From positions 1,350,001 through 1,382,000 of the forward strand of contig NZ_LN831039.1 in the NCBI RefSeq assembly GCF_001457595.1: DNA of 32,000 bases, written 5' to 3'. Positions 21,541 through 30,107 of the stretch are shown one piece after another. The notes beneath the pieces are model-generated. The model ran no database searches, was not told the DNA's origin, and saw nothing but the letters and a program-made list of their open reading frames with translations. Each line of letters begins with the position of its first letter. The stretch's first letter is position 1. The stretch comes from Mycolicibacterium smegmatis (GTDB taxonomy: Bacteria; Actinomycetota; Actinomycetes; Mycobacteriales; Mycobacteriaceae). The translations under genes and the position numbers were made by a program.

Positions 21541-24468
21541 ATGACAACTACCAAACCCCGTGTCCTCATTGAGGATTGGCTACCTGTTTCAGAGCTCGGC
21601 ATTGAGTCACGTCGTGAACGAGCAGCCGCGTCTGCATTGCCGCCGCTCTCGTTCCTGCATGTTTGGTGGGCTCGCCGGCCGTTGGTCGCCTCCGCGGCTG
21701 TCGTCCTTGGCGGACTTATGCCTGCTTGGTCACAGGAGCTCGCCGACGCCTTCCCCGAGGCAGTGGAACTCCGCGACGAACCTGCTTACCGGCGCTGGCT
21801 GCTGCACCTCGTGGGAATCTGGGGAAACCCGGTAATGGGTCGGCGGCGAATCGACGCAGCGAAGGCCGCAGGCATCAAGCTGCAAGACAACGGATACGGA
21901 TACAAGCAGGCATTCCGAAACGCAATTCCGCGAAGCGATATCGACTTACTTCACAGAGTTCTTGAACGTACGTGGGGGGAGATGCCGATTGTTGCAGACC
22001 CGACAGCGGGTGGTGGCAGTATCCCCTGGACCGCTGTTCGGCTCGGAATCCCTTCTGTTGCCAATGATCTCAACAGCGTCGCTGCCGCCACGCTCCGAGC
22101 CGGGGTGAAGATCCCCGCTGAGCGTGGCACCGAGCTCGTCCAGCACCTCAACAAATGGGGTGGCGTTCTCATAGACCGTGTGCAGAGCTCGTTGAAGGAG
22201 TTCTTCCCACGCCACAATGACGAGAGCATCATCGCCTACGTTTGGGCGAATGCAGTGGCATGTCCACGAACTGGCCGCCTCGTTCCGCTCCTTCCTGACA
22301 AGTGGCTCCGCAAGGACAAAGGGAAGGAAGCCGCCGTCGAAATGTTCACCGAGATCGACGGGGTTGAGCTGGACGTGCCCAGGTTCGAGATTGTTTTAGG
22401 GCGTGATGTGAACGCGGCCATTGCCTCGATCGGGACGACTGGCCGGGGGAAGGCAATCTCGCCGTACGACGACCTCGTGATCGATGGAGACTACATCAAG
22501 GCCGAAGCGCGGGCGGGGCGGATGTCTCACATCCTGTACGCGGTGGCGATCCGGACCGCGGCCGGTGAACGTACGTTCCGCGCGCCTACGGATACAGACC
22601 TGGCTGCAATTCGCGCCGCCGAGGAGCGGTTCACGGAAGTGAAGGATCTGTGGCAGGCGAACGGGATTCTTCCGACGGAGGAGTTTCCTGATGGAAATGA
22701 CCTGCGCCCCAAGCATTATGGGATGACTCACTGGCTGGACTTCTTCACCCCACGTCAGGCGTTCGTGCATGGAACATTTGGTGTCGAGTTCGCCAAGCTT
22801 GTCCCGGAGGTGGAAGCAGCTCTCGGTGACGACGCTGACGATGTGCTGTTCGAGCTGGCCTTAATGCAAGGAAAGGCGCTGAACTGGAACTCGCGGTTAT
22901 CGTCCTGGGATGTCTCACGTCAAAAAATGCGGAGTGTGTTTGACCGGCACGACTTCGCCTTCAAATGGTCATTCGCAGAGTTTGAGGGCGCCACAGCGCT
23001 GTACTCGTGGTGTCTTGATCAGCTGTCCGATGCGTACGAGGGGATCGCGCGGCTCATCGACGAAACCGGTGCTCCTGGGATGGCGGGCGAATCCCCGTTG
23101 GACCGTCGAGTGACCGTGTTTCAGGGGAGCGGTGCCGACCTGAATGCCGTCGAGGAGGCTTCGGTAGCGCACATCTGCATGGACCCGCCGTACTACGACA
23201 ACGTGATGTACGCCGAGTTGGCCGACTTCTTCTACGTCTGGGAGAAGCGCACAATCGGCCGGCTCGTACCGGACTACTTCGACAACGATCTCACCGACAA
23301 GGAAAACGAGGCTGTCGCGAACCCGGCTCGGTTCGCGGCGATGGGTAAGCGGAAGAATGAGCTTGCAGAGCTGGACTACGAGGCGAAGATGACTGCGATC
23401 TTCGCCGAATGTCGCCGTGTGCTCCGTGACGATGGGGTGCTTTCGGTGATGTTCACACACAAGCGGGCTGAGGCGTGGGACACCCTGGGTATGGGCTTAT
23501 TACAGGCTGGATTCACTATCGAGACGTCGTGGCCCGTGAACACAGAATCGGAGCAGTCGCTCCACCAAGCAAATATGAACTCCGCTGCCTCAACGATCAT
23601 GCTCGTATGCCGGAAACGCGACAACGTTGACGGCAACACACGCGTGTATCTCGACGATATCGAGAACGAGATCCGTAACGCCGCTAGGGCGGCGGCGACT
23701 CGGTTCCAGCACGACGGAATCGACGGCGTCGATCTGTTGCTGTCGACATACGGGCCGACATTGTCGGTGATCTCGCAGAATTGGCCAGTGTACTCGTCCG
23801 TTCCGGACGCCGACGGGCGCGATCAGCTGCTCCGCCCGGAAGACGCTCTTGACCTTGCCCGAGAAGAGGTCGTGCAACTCCGTCGTGCGCGGCTTGTCGG
23901 CAAGGCAGCGAACGTCGACGACGTGACTGACTTCGTGCTTATGGCGTGGGACATCTTCGGTGCTCGCGAGTTCCCTTACGACACTGCGCGACTGCTTGCC
24001 CTCGCGGTAGGAGGTCTCGACGTCGATGTCCTCGAACGGGCGAAGATTGTGAAGAAGAAGTCCGGATCAGTCACATTGCTTCAGCCAGCGGAACGGCTGC
24101 GCCGCGATGCCGATAGCGACCTACCCGGTGTGCGACCCGACGCACCGTCCTTCGAGTATGTGATCGACGCGGTCGACACGGCGCTGTACATCGCGAGCGT
24201 CGACGGTATGCAGGAAGCGAAGCGATTTCTCGACCGTCATGGATACACCACCGACTCTGGATTCCTGGCTACCGTGCAAGGCCTGGTCAACGCGATCCCT
24301 CGTACGAAAGCGAAGGGTGTGTGGGTGGTGCCAGAGGCGGGGCTGCTCGATACGCTGTGCACCTTGTACTTCCCGATGGTGACACTCCCGGAGGCCGAGG
24401 ATCTGGCCGCTGCCACGGTGCAGGAAGCGTTGTTCGAGGATTCAGCGGATGACACGCTCTCAGAGTGA
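21541..24468 (+). CDS. DUF1156 domain DNA amino-methyltransferase (N6-adenine or N4-cytosine), 975 aa
   Basis: N-terminal LIEDWLPVSELGIES...LSFLHVWWARRPL (DUF1156 signature). SAM motif I IVADPTAGGGSIP (21991-22020). Catalytic motif IV DPPY (23182-23193). Confidence 0.88.
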   Translation: MTTTKPRVLIEDWLPVSELGIESRRERAAASALPPLSFLHVWWARRPLVASAAVVLGGLMPAWSQELADAFPEAVELRDEPAYRRWLLHLVGIWGNPVMGRRRIDAAKAAGIKLQDNGYGYKQAFRNAIPRSDIDLLHRVLERTWGEMPIVADPTAGGGSIPWTAVRLGIPSVANDLNSVAAATLRAGVKIPAERGTELVQHLNKWGGVLIDRVQSSLKEFFPRHNDESIIAYVWANAVACPRTGRLVPLLPDKWLRKDKGKEAAVEMFTEIDGVELDVPRFEIVLGRDVNAAIASIGTTGRGKAISPYDDLVIDGDYIKAEARAGRMSHILYAVAIRTAAGERTFRAPTDTDLAAIRAAEERFTEVKDLWQANGILPTEEFPDGNDLRPKHYGMTHWLDFFTPRQAFVHGTFGVEFAKLVPEVEAALGDDADDVLFELALMQGKALNWNSRLSSWDVSRQKMRSVFDRHDFAFKWSFAEFEGATALYSWCLDQLSDAYEGIARLIDETGAPGMAGESPLDRRVTVFQGSGADLNAVEEASVAHICMDPPYYDNVMYAELADFFYVWEKRTIGRLVPDYFDNDLTDKENEAVANPARFAAMGKRKNELAELDYEAKMTAIFAECRRVLRDDGVLSVMFTHKRAEAWDTLGMGLLQAGFTIETSWPVNTESEQSLHQANMNSAASTIMLVCRKRDNVDGNTRVYLDDIENEIRNAARAAATRFQHDGIDGVDLLLSTYGPTLSVISQNWPVYSSVPDADGRDQLLRPEDALDLAREEVVQLRRARLVGKAANVDDVTDFVLMAWDIFGAREFPYDTARLLALAVGGLDVDVLERAKIVKKKSGSVTLLQPAERLRRDADSDLPGVRPDAPSFEYVIDAVDTALYIASVDGMQEAKRFLDRHGYTTDSGFLATVQGLVNAIPRTKAKGVWVVPEAGLLDTLCTLYFPMVTLPEAEDLAAATVQEALFEDSADDTLSE

Positions 24469-27400
24469 GTTTCTAGCGGTCGGGTTACCCGGTACCGGAC
24501 AACCTCGCCAGGCAGCATTCGATATACCCGACGGCTCGGCTGATGACTCGTTCCACGCCGTGGATATTCGGCCCCGATACACCCCAGACGACCGACCTTT
24601 TACGACGTTCTACGTGCCGATGCTGCAACGGGCACGTTCATATGACAGGGCAGTGGGTTACTGGTCGGCCGCGGAGCTGCAGTTTGCTGCTCAGGGAATC
24701 GCGCATTTTCTGGCAAACGGGGGCCGGATGCGGCTGATCGTCGGGGCTCAGTTGTCGCGTTCCGATGTCGATGCGGTGGTCGCGGGTACGCCGCTCGAAG
24801 ATGTGCTAGCTGCGAAAATGCTCGCAGACCCAGAGTTCGAGGGAGCGCGAATCGTCGAATCCGCACACCTGGGTGTATTGGCTTGGATGGTGGCACACGA
24901 TCGTCTTGAGATCCGAGTCGGGGTGCCATGTGAGGGCGATCGGTTGCTGACATACGCAGAGTCCGGACGCTACTTCCACACTAAATACGGCGTTTTTACC
25001 GACCGCTACGGACACAAGGTTGCGTTCACCGGGTCTAATAACGCCTCCGTCCGAGCATGGGCCGCGAATCACGAGACCTTCGACGTGTTTCCCTCGTGGA
25101 ACACTGCGGTTTGGGCGTGGAACGGACAGGCGGCGGCGGATGACTTTGAGAAGCATTGGAACTCGAACGCTGATTCGGGGTGGGCCGTCGTGCCGCTTCC
25201 CCAGGCGGTTCGCGAAAGGCTGATCGCGCACGCCCCGGAAGTTCCTCCGGTTCCGATCTCCGATGCAGATTCCTTTGCCAACGATCCGCCGACCAACCAT
25301 CCTGTTAGCGACGAAGAGGCGTGGGCTGAGCTTGTTTCTCTCGCATCGAACCCGACTATGTCTCCGTATACGGGCGTCGGCACCGCACAGGTCGAGCCGC
25401 TTCCGCACCAGGCAATCCTCATTAACCGGGTAATTAGCACCTTCCCTCGCGGCTACCTGTTCGCAGACGAGGTAGGCCTGGGCAAGACCGTTGAGATGGG
25501 ACTCGTGTTAAGGGAGTTGTTCCTGTCTGGCAAGGCACGATCTGCGTTGTTGCTGGTTCCCGCGTCCGTGATGCGGCAGTGGCAGGAGGAACTCCACGAG
25601 AAGATGAACCTTGATGTGCCTAGATTCGACAAGGGCGGGTTCGTAGATCGCCACGGCCAGCCGATTCCCATAGCCAACGGCGCGAACCCATGGGGGGCGT
25701 TTCCGATCGTGCTCGCCTCGAGTCACCTCGCACGCCGCCGGGACCGCCGCCGCGACCTTCTCGCGGCCGGACCGTGGGACGTGGTGTTCGTCGACGAGGC
25801 ACACCATGCGCGCCGTCGCGGGGCGAGACCAACAGATACACCCAACTCGCTGCTCGGGTTGTTGTTGGAGATGCGGGACAAGCAGATGTGGAAAGCGCTC
25901 TACCTCGCCTCCGCAACGCCCATGCAAATGAACCCCCATGAGGCATGGGATCTGATTTCTCTGCTAGAGCTGCCCGGCCGATGGGGCGCGTCTGCGGACA
26001 ACTTCCTCCAGTACTACGAAAAGCTTCGAACCGACCCAAAGATTCGGAACTGGAAACTACTGTGCGCCATGCTGTCCGACTACTTCAGTGACCATGAAGC
26101 AGATCGTGACGAGCGGCTTGAATCGCAGATCGACGACGCATTGGGATTTGTCGATTCGTACGCGGTTATCGGACTGGCAGATAATCCGCCATCGGCGGAG
26201 ATGCGTTCGAAGATGCCGAATGAGATGTCGGAGTGGATGGATCGGTGGCTTCGTCGGCATACACCAATGAGAGACAGGGTGTTCCGCAATACTCGATCGA
26301 CGCTCCGTGCCTATCAGAGCGCCGGAATCATCGCAGATGATGTCGTCATCCCACACCGGCACGTCGACGATGTTTTCATCAACCTCGCAGTAACCGAGCG
26401 TCGACTCTATGAGCGCATCGAGGAGTACATTCGTCGCCACTACAACGCGTACAAGAGTGACAAGTCCAGCCAAGCACTCGGCTTCATCATGACCGTCTAT
26501 CGCCGCCGCCTGACCTCCTCCTTCGAGGCGATCAAGAAGTCCCTGACTCGGAGACTCACTGTCCTCGAAGCGGGCAAGAACCTATCAGAGATGTTGTCGG
26601 AAGATGACAGCCTCGACGTCGAGGAGGGGTTGTTCGACCCCGAGGCATTCGACGCATCCTCCGCACTCCTTCAGGACGAACTGAACGAGCTTCGCTTGTT
26701 CCTGGCGGAACTAGACATGATCACCGGAGAGGACACCAAGGCAACCCAACTGGTCACCGATGTGAACCAATCCCTTCTGAGCTACGACAGCGTCGTGGTG
26801 TTCACCCAGTACACCGACACCATGGACTACGTTAGGGAACGACTCATCGCCGCCGGCATTACGAAGATCGGCTGTTACTCGGGTCGCGGCGGCGAGGTAT
26901 TCCAGCCCAAAACCGGAGCCTGGGAGGACGTGACCAAAGCTCAGATCAAAGAACATTTCAGAAATGGCCACCTGACGGTGCTCATCGGTACCGACTCGAT
27001 GAGTGAAGGCTTGAACCTGCAAACCTCCGGGCGACTCATCAATTACGACATGCCCTGGAATCTCATGCGTGTCGAGCAACGAATCGGACGCGTCGATCGG
27101 ATCGGAGCTACCTACCCGGACATCGAGGTCACCAATTACTTTTACGCTGACACCGTCGAGCAACGAGTCTACGAAGGCCTCGCCCAGGATTATGGCGACT
27201 TTACTAACATCATCGGCGACGCAGCACCAGTCCTCGGGAACGTGGAGAAGGCCATCGAACAGTTGGCTTTGGGGGACGCCAGCGATGAATCGATTGACGA
27301 GCACGTCGATGCGATCAAGGGTGAAGCGAAACAACTCAACAGCCGGGCAGTCAAGGCAACAGATCTCGGTGCCGCCCCAGACACACCCGGCGACATCGAG

Positions 27401-27751
27401 GTTCCGCCCACCCTGTCGGGTGAAATCGGGTTGGGCGATTTGGAACAGGTCTTGACGTCGAACCCGCTCACGGCGCCGTGGCTTGAAGCAGTCGACGGGA
27501 AGACAGGGGTTTACCGCCTATCGTCACCGACGCAGACGCGCGCAACCTCCTTCGCGCCCGATGCTGGGACAACATCAGCTGCTGACTATCGGAGCGAGCA
27601 CGACACTCGGGAGAGGCGTCTCGTGACGTTCGACCGAAGTGTAAGTGATCGCAGCGCCGAGGACGTTTCGTTGCTGACCTACGGAACTCCCGAGCTGGAA
27701 GCGCTCCTCCCAAGCGTGGATAAATCGGCTAAGTGGGGTGGTCCGGACTGA
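24449..27751 (+). CDS. PLD(HKD)-nuclease domain fused to SNF2/DEAD-like helicase, 1100 aa
   Basis: YDRAVGYWS and FHTKYGVFTD...FTGSNNAS (24977-25042) mark a PLD-like domain. Helicase motif I is DEVGLGKT (25466-25489), II is DEAH (25793-25804), III is SATP. The C-terminal lobe has LIGTDSMSEGLNLQ and QRIGRVDRIG. The annotated start overlaps the MTase gene by 20 nt. Confidence 0.9.
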   Translation: MTRSQSEFLAVGLPGTGQPRQAAFDIPDGSADDSFHAVDIRPRYTPDDRPFTTFYVPMLQRARSYDRAVGYWSAAELQFAAQGIAHFLANGGRMRLIVGAQLSRSDVDAVVAGTPLEDVLAAKMLADPEFEGARIVESAHLGVLAWMVAHDRLEIRVGVPCEGDRLLTYAESGRYFHTKYGVFTDRYGHKVAFTGSNNASVRAWAANHETFDVFPSWNTAVWAWNGQAAADDFEKHWNSNADSGWAVVPLPQAVRERLIAHAPEVPPVPISDADSFANDPPTNHPVSDEEAWAELVSLASNPTMSPYTGVGTAQVEPLPHQAILINRVISTFPRGYLFADEVGLGKTVEMGLVLRELFLSGKARSALLLVPASVMRQWQEELHEKMNLDVPRFDKGGFVDRHGQPIPIANGANPWGAFPIVLASSHLARRRDRRRDLLAAGPWDVVFVDEAHHARRRGARPTDTPNSLLGLLLEMRDKQMWKALYLASATPMQMNPHEAWDLISLLELPGRWGASADNFLQYYEKLRTDPKIRNWKLLCAMLSDYFSDHEADRDERLESQIDDALGFVDSYAVIGLADNPPSAEMRSKMPNEMSEWMDRWLRRHTPMRDRVFRNTRSTLRAYQSAGIIADDVVIPHRHVDDVFINLAVTERRLYERIEEYIRRHYNAYKSDKSSQALGFIMTVYRRRLTSSFEAIKKSLTRRLTVLEAGKNLSEMLSEDDSLDVEEGLFDPEAFDASSALLQDELNELRLFLAELDMITGEDTKATQLVTDVNQSLLSYDSVVVFTQYTDTMDYVRERLIAAGITKIGCYSGRGGEVFQPKTGAWEDVTKAQIKEHFRNGHLTVLIGTDSMSEGLNLQTSGRLINYDMPWNLMRVEQRIGRVDRIGATYPDIEVTNYFYADTVEQRVYEGLAQDYGDFTNIIGDAAPVLGNVEKAIEQLALGDASDESIDEHVDAIKGEAKQLNSRAVKATDLGAAPDTPGDIEVPPTLSGEIGLGDLEQVLTSNPLTAPWLEAVDGKTGVYRLSSPTQTRATSFAPDAGTTSAADYRSEHDTRERRLVTFDRSVSDRSAEDVSLLTYGTPELEALLPSVDKSAKWGGPD

Positions 27752-27806
27752 CAGGCCTTTCGAGGGCCGGGGCGGAATTTGTCAAGGTGTTTGAGTCCAG
27801 TGGGTG

Positions 27807-28395
27807 TTAAGCGGCTTCCGTTTCGGTCTCCTGTTCGGCCGGTTTGGGTGGGTTGATCGCCGCGGATTCAGGTAGGTCGATGACCTTGGGTGCGGTGTCG
27901 CGGCCGAATCGGCGTGGGTGGCGCGCCCTGGCGTCGGCGAGCACGGCTCGGCGCTGGGTGTCTTTCCCGCCGGCGAGGCCGTAGAACACATCGGCGGGTG
28001 TGTGCAGCCCGATGCCGCTGTGGCGGTGTTCATGGTTGTACCACTGCACGAATCGGTCCATGAAATCCCTCGCGTGATGGATGGATTCGAAGCGTTCCGG
28101 GAACGCCGGCGCATACTTCAAGGTCTTGAACCAGGACTCGCTGTAGGGGTTGTCGTTGGATACCTTGGGCCGCGAATGCGAGCGGATGACTCCCAGATCC
28201 GAGAGCAGTCCGGCGACGGTGTTGCTGGTCATCGAGGTGCCCCGATCAGCGTGCACGACGTGTGGGATGCCGTAGGTGCCGAAGATCTGTTCCATCATCT
28301 CCTTGGCCAGCTGGCCGCATTCGCGGGCGTGCACATGGACCCCGACGATGTAACGCGAGTAAATGTCGATCATCACGTAGGCGTCGTAGTAGACC
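27807..28395 (-). pseudogene. C-terminal fragment of the outer IS3 OrfB (rve/DDE integrase core)
   Basis: YYDAYVMIDIYSRYIVG...HADRGTSMTS...DNPYSESWFKTLKY...YNHEHRHSGIG. The apparent MGTRQ start of the track ORF (to 28409) lies inside the inserted IS and is an artefact. Confidence 0.85.
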
Positions 28396-28474
28396 TGGCG
28401 TGTTCCCACTGATTGAGTCCAACCAGTTCTAGAGTCCTGTAGCCCGATGTCGGGCGAGAAGGGACGATGAACGT

Positions 28475-28756
28475 ATGGCTGGTCGGAAGCGGCACTCTGC
28501 AGAAGACATCGTGCGCAAACTGCGCCGTGCGGACGAACTGACCGCGGAAGGCAAGACCGGCGAGGAAATCGCCGCCGAACTCGAGGTCTCGCCCGCGACG
28601 CTGTACAACTGGCGCCGCTCCTACGGCGGCATGGACACCGACGCCGCCAAAGAACTCAAGGAACTGCGCGAGCAGAACGCCCGACTCAAGCGACTGCTCG
28701 CCGAGGCCGAGCTGGTCAAAGACGCCCTGCGGGAGGTCGCGAAGGGAAAATTCTGA
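28475..28756 (+). CDS. IS3-family transposase OrfA (HTH, 93 aa)
   Basis: MAGRKRHSAEDIVRKLRRADELTAEGKTGEEIAAELEVSPATLYNWRR... with a leucine-zipper-like C-terminus, typical of IS3/IS407 OrfA. Confidence 0.9.
   Translation: MAGRKRHSAEDIVRKLRRADELTAEGKTGEEIAAELEVSPATLYNWRRSYGGMDTDAAKELKELREQNARLKRLLAEAELVKDALREVAKGKF
28744..28750 (+). other. candidate -1 programmed ribosomal frameshift heptamer G GGA AAA
   Basis: It fits X XXY YYZ in the OrfA frame, 4 nt before the OrfA stop. The -1 frame reads EGKILSPAAKRRAVDM... straight into OrfB. Confidence 0.5.
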
Positions 28757-28785
28757 GCCCAGCTGCCAAGCGCCGCGCCGTCGAC

Positions 28786-29619
28786 ATGCTCACCACCACG
28801 ATGGGTATGTCGGAACGGCTGGCCTGCAAAGCCGTTGGGCTGGCCCGCTCCACCTGCCGTCGCCTCCCTCTGGCGGAGACCCCCGCTGATCCCGATGCTG
28901 AGATGCGGGGCTGGCTGCGTTCCTACGCCACCAAACACCCCTGCCATGGGTTCCGACGTGCCTGGGCAGCGCTGCGCTACGACGAACGCCGTGAGGTCAA
29001 CAAGAAGAAGATCCACCGGCTGTGGCGCGAGGAGGGCCTGCAGGTGCGGGTGCACAGTCCGCGTAAGCGGGCCGGGGTGTCCTCCATCCCGCCGATCGAG
29101 GCCGACGCCCCGAACGTGGTGTGGGCGATCGACTTCCAGTTCGATTCCACCATCGACGGCAAGGCCATCAAGATCGCCTCGATGATCGACGAACACACCC
29201 GCGTCTCGCTGCTCAACATCGTCGAACGCTCGATCACCGCCGACCGACTCGTTGAGGAGTTGAAGAAGGTGTTCGTCGCGGCGGGTGGGCCGCCGAGGGT
29301 GCTGCGGATGGACAACGGGCCGGAATTCATTTCTCAAGCACTGCAACAGTTTTGCGACGGAAGGATCGGTATGTCCTATATTCCGCCAGGGACGCCGTGG
29401 AACAACGGACACATCGAATCGTTCAACAACCGACTGCGCAAGGAGTGCCTGAACCGCAACCACTGGAACACCCTGCTCGAGGCCCGGGTGGTCATCGGCG
29501 ACTTCAAAGACGAGCACAACCACCGACACCGACACTCGGCGCTGGGCTACCGCACGCCGGCCGAGTACGCTGCCGTCTGCAGCTGCACCCACACACCGGT
29601 GGCCTGCAGCATCAACTGA
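28786..29619 (+). CDS. IS3-family transposase OrfB (DDE/rve), probably made as an OrfAB fusion
   Basis: WAIDFQFD...MDNGPEFIS...PWNNGHIESFNNRLRKECL...YRTPAEYA. It lies in the -1 frame relative to OrfA. Confidence 0.9.
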   Translation: MLTTTMGMSERLACKAVGLARSTCRRLPLAETPADPDAEMRGWLRSYATKHPCHGFRRAWAALRYDERREVNKKKIHRLWREEGLQVRVHSPRKRAGVSSIPPIEADAPNVVWAIDFQFDSTIDGKAIKIASMIDEHTRVSLLNIVERSITADRLVEELKKVFVAAGGPPRVLRMDNGPEFISQALQQFCDGRIGMSYIPPGTPWNNGHIESFNNRLRKECLNRNHWNTLLEARVVIGDFKDEHNHRHRHSALGYRTPAEYAAVCSCTHTPVACSIN

Positions 29620-29678
29620 AACTGGATCACACCAACCCGACTCCAGAACCGGGTGGACTCAGTATCGGGGACTCGCCA

Positions 29679-30107
29679 GACCCCTTTGACCGGGCCGGCC
29701 AGTTTGGTGATGTCCCACGAATACACCTGCCGCGGCGCGGTGGCCACCAGTTCCGGGCAGACCGCTTTGCGGTGCCGGGCCAGCCGACGGCGCTCCTTGA
29801 CCAGCTTGTTGGCATTGAGGACGCGGTACATCGTCGACACCGAACACAGGTAGCTGCCTTCATCGAGCAACGTGGCCCACACCTGCATCGGCGCGGCATC
29901 GACGAACCGGGCACTGTTGAGCACCTCAACCACCCGGGTGCATTCGGACTCGGTGAGCTTGTTGACCGGGACCGGTCGTGGTGCCCGATCGGCAGGCGCC
30001 GGCGCGGGTTTGGCGCGTCGAGTGGCCGTCGAGCGGTGCATGCCGGTCACCTCCGCGGCCTTGCGGGTCGGAATCTGGATATCCCGCAGATCGTTGTAGG
30101 CATCCAT
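29679..30107 (-). pseudogene. N-terminal fragment of the outer IS3 OrfB
   Basis: MDAYNDLRDIQIPTRKAAEVTGMHRSTATRR...VYSWDITKLAGPVKGV, then reads into the inserted IS. The ATG overlaps the orfA TGA by 1 nt (TGATG). Confidence 0.8.

Larger units (their letters stand above)
28396..29678 (+). mobile_element. IS3-family (IS407-group-like) insertion sequence, 1283 bp, flanked by a GACC duplication
   Basis: Ends are TGGCGTGTTCCCACTGATTGAGTCCAACC (28396-) and the reverse complement of ...GGTGGACTCAGTATCGGGGACTCGCCA (ending at 29678). GACC occurs at 28392-28395 and 29679-29682. Removing the element plus one GACC rejoins the outer orfB frame (..AAA GGG GTC TAC TAC..). Confidence 0.85.

Noticed and set aside
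22922-22927. A6 homopolymer inside the methyltransferase gene as a possible phase-variation switch
   Set aside because: Six bases is short for slipped-strand switching, the reading frame is intact, and there is no second tract or inverted-repeat shufflon. It is most likely just the lower-G+C composition of the island.
17780-27751. Classifying the operon as canonical BREX, DISARM, or type I/III restriction-modification
   Set aside because: No PglZ, BrxA/B/L, DUF1998 (DrmB), HsdS/HsdR or Res homologue is recognisable anywhere in the window. Only individual domains are shared.
16672-27779. tRNA gene, integrase or att-type direct repeats marking island integration
   Set aside because: I scanned both junctions by eye for T-loop-like GGTTCGA(A/G)TCC motifs and for repeated flanking sequence. 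I found none, so no integration mechanism can be asserted.
27752-27779. GGCC-TTTCGAG-GGCC hairpin after the helicase stop as an intrinsic terminator
   Set aside because: The stem is only 4 bp with no U-tract, which is too weak to call. The original terminator may have been lost to the IS insertion.
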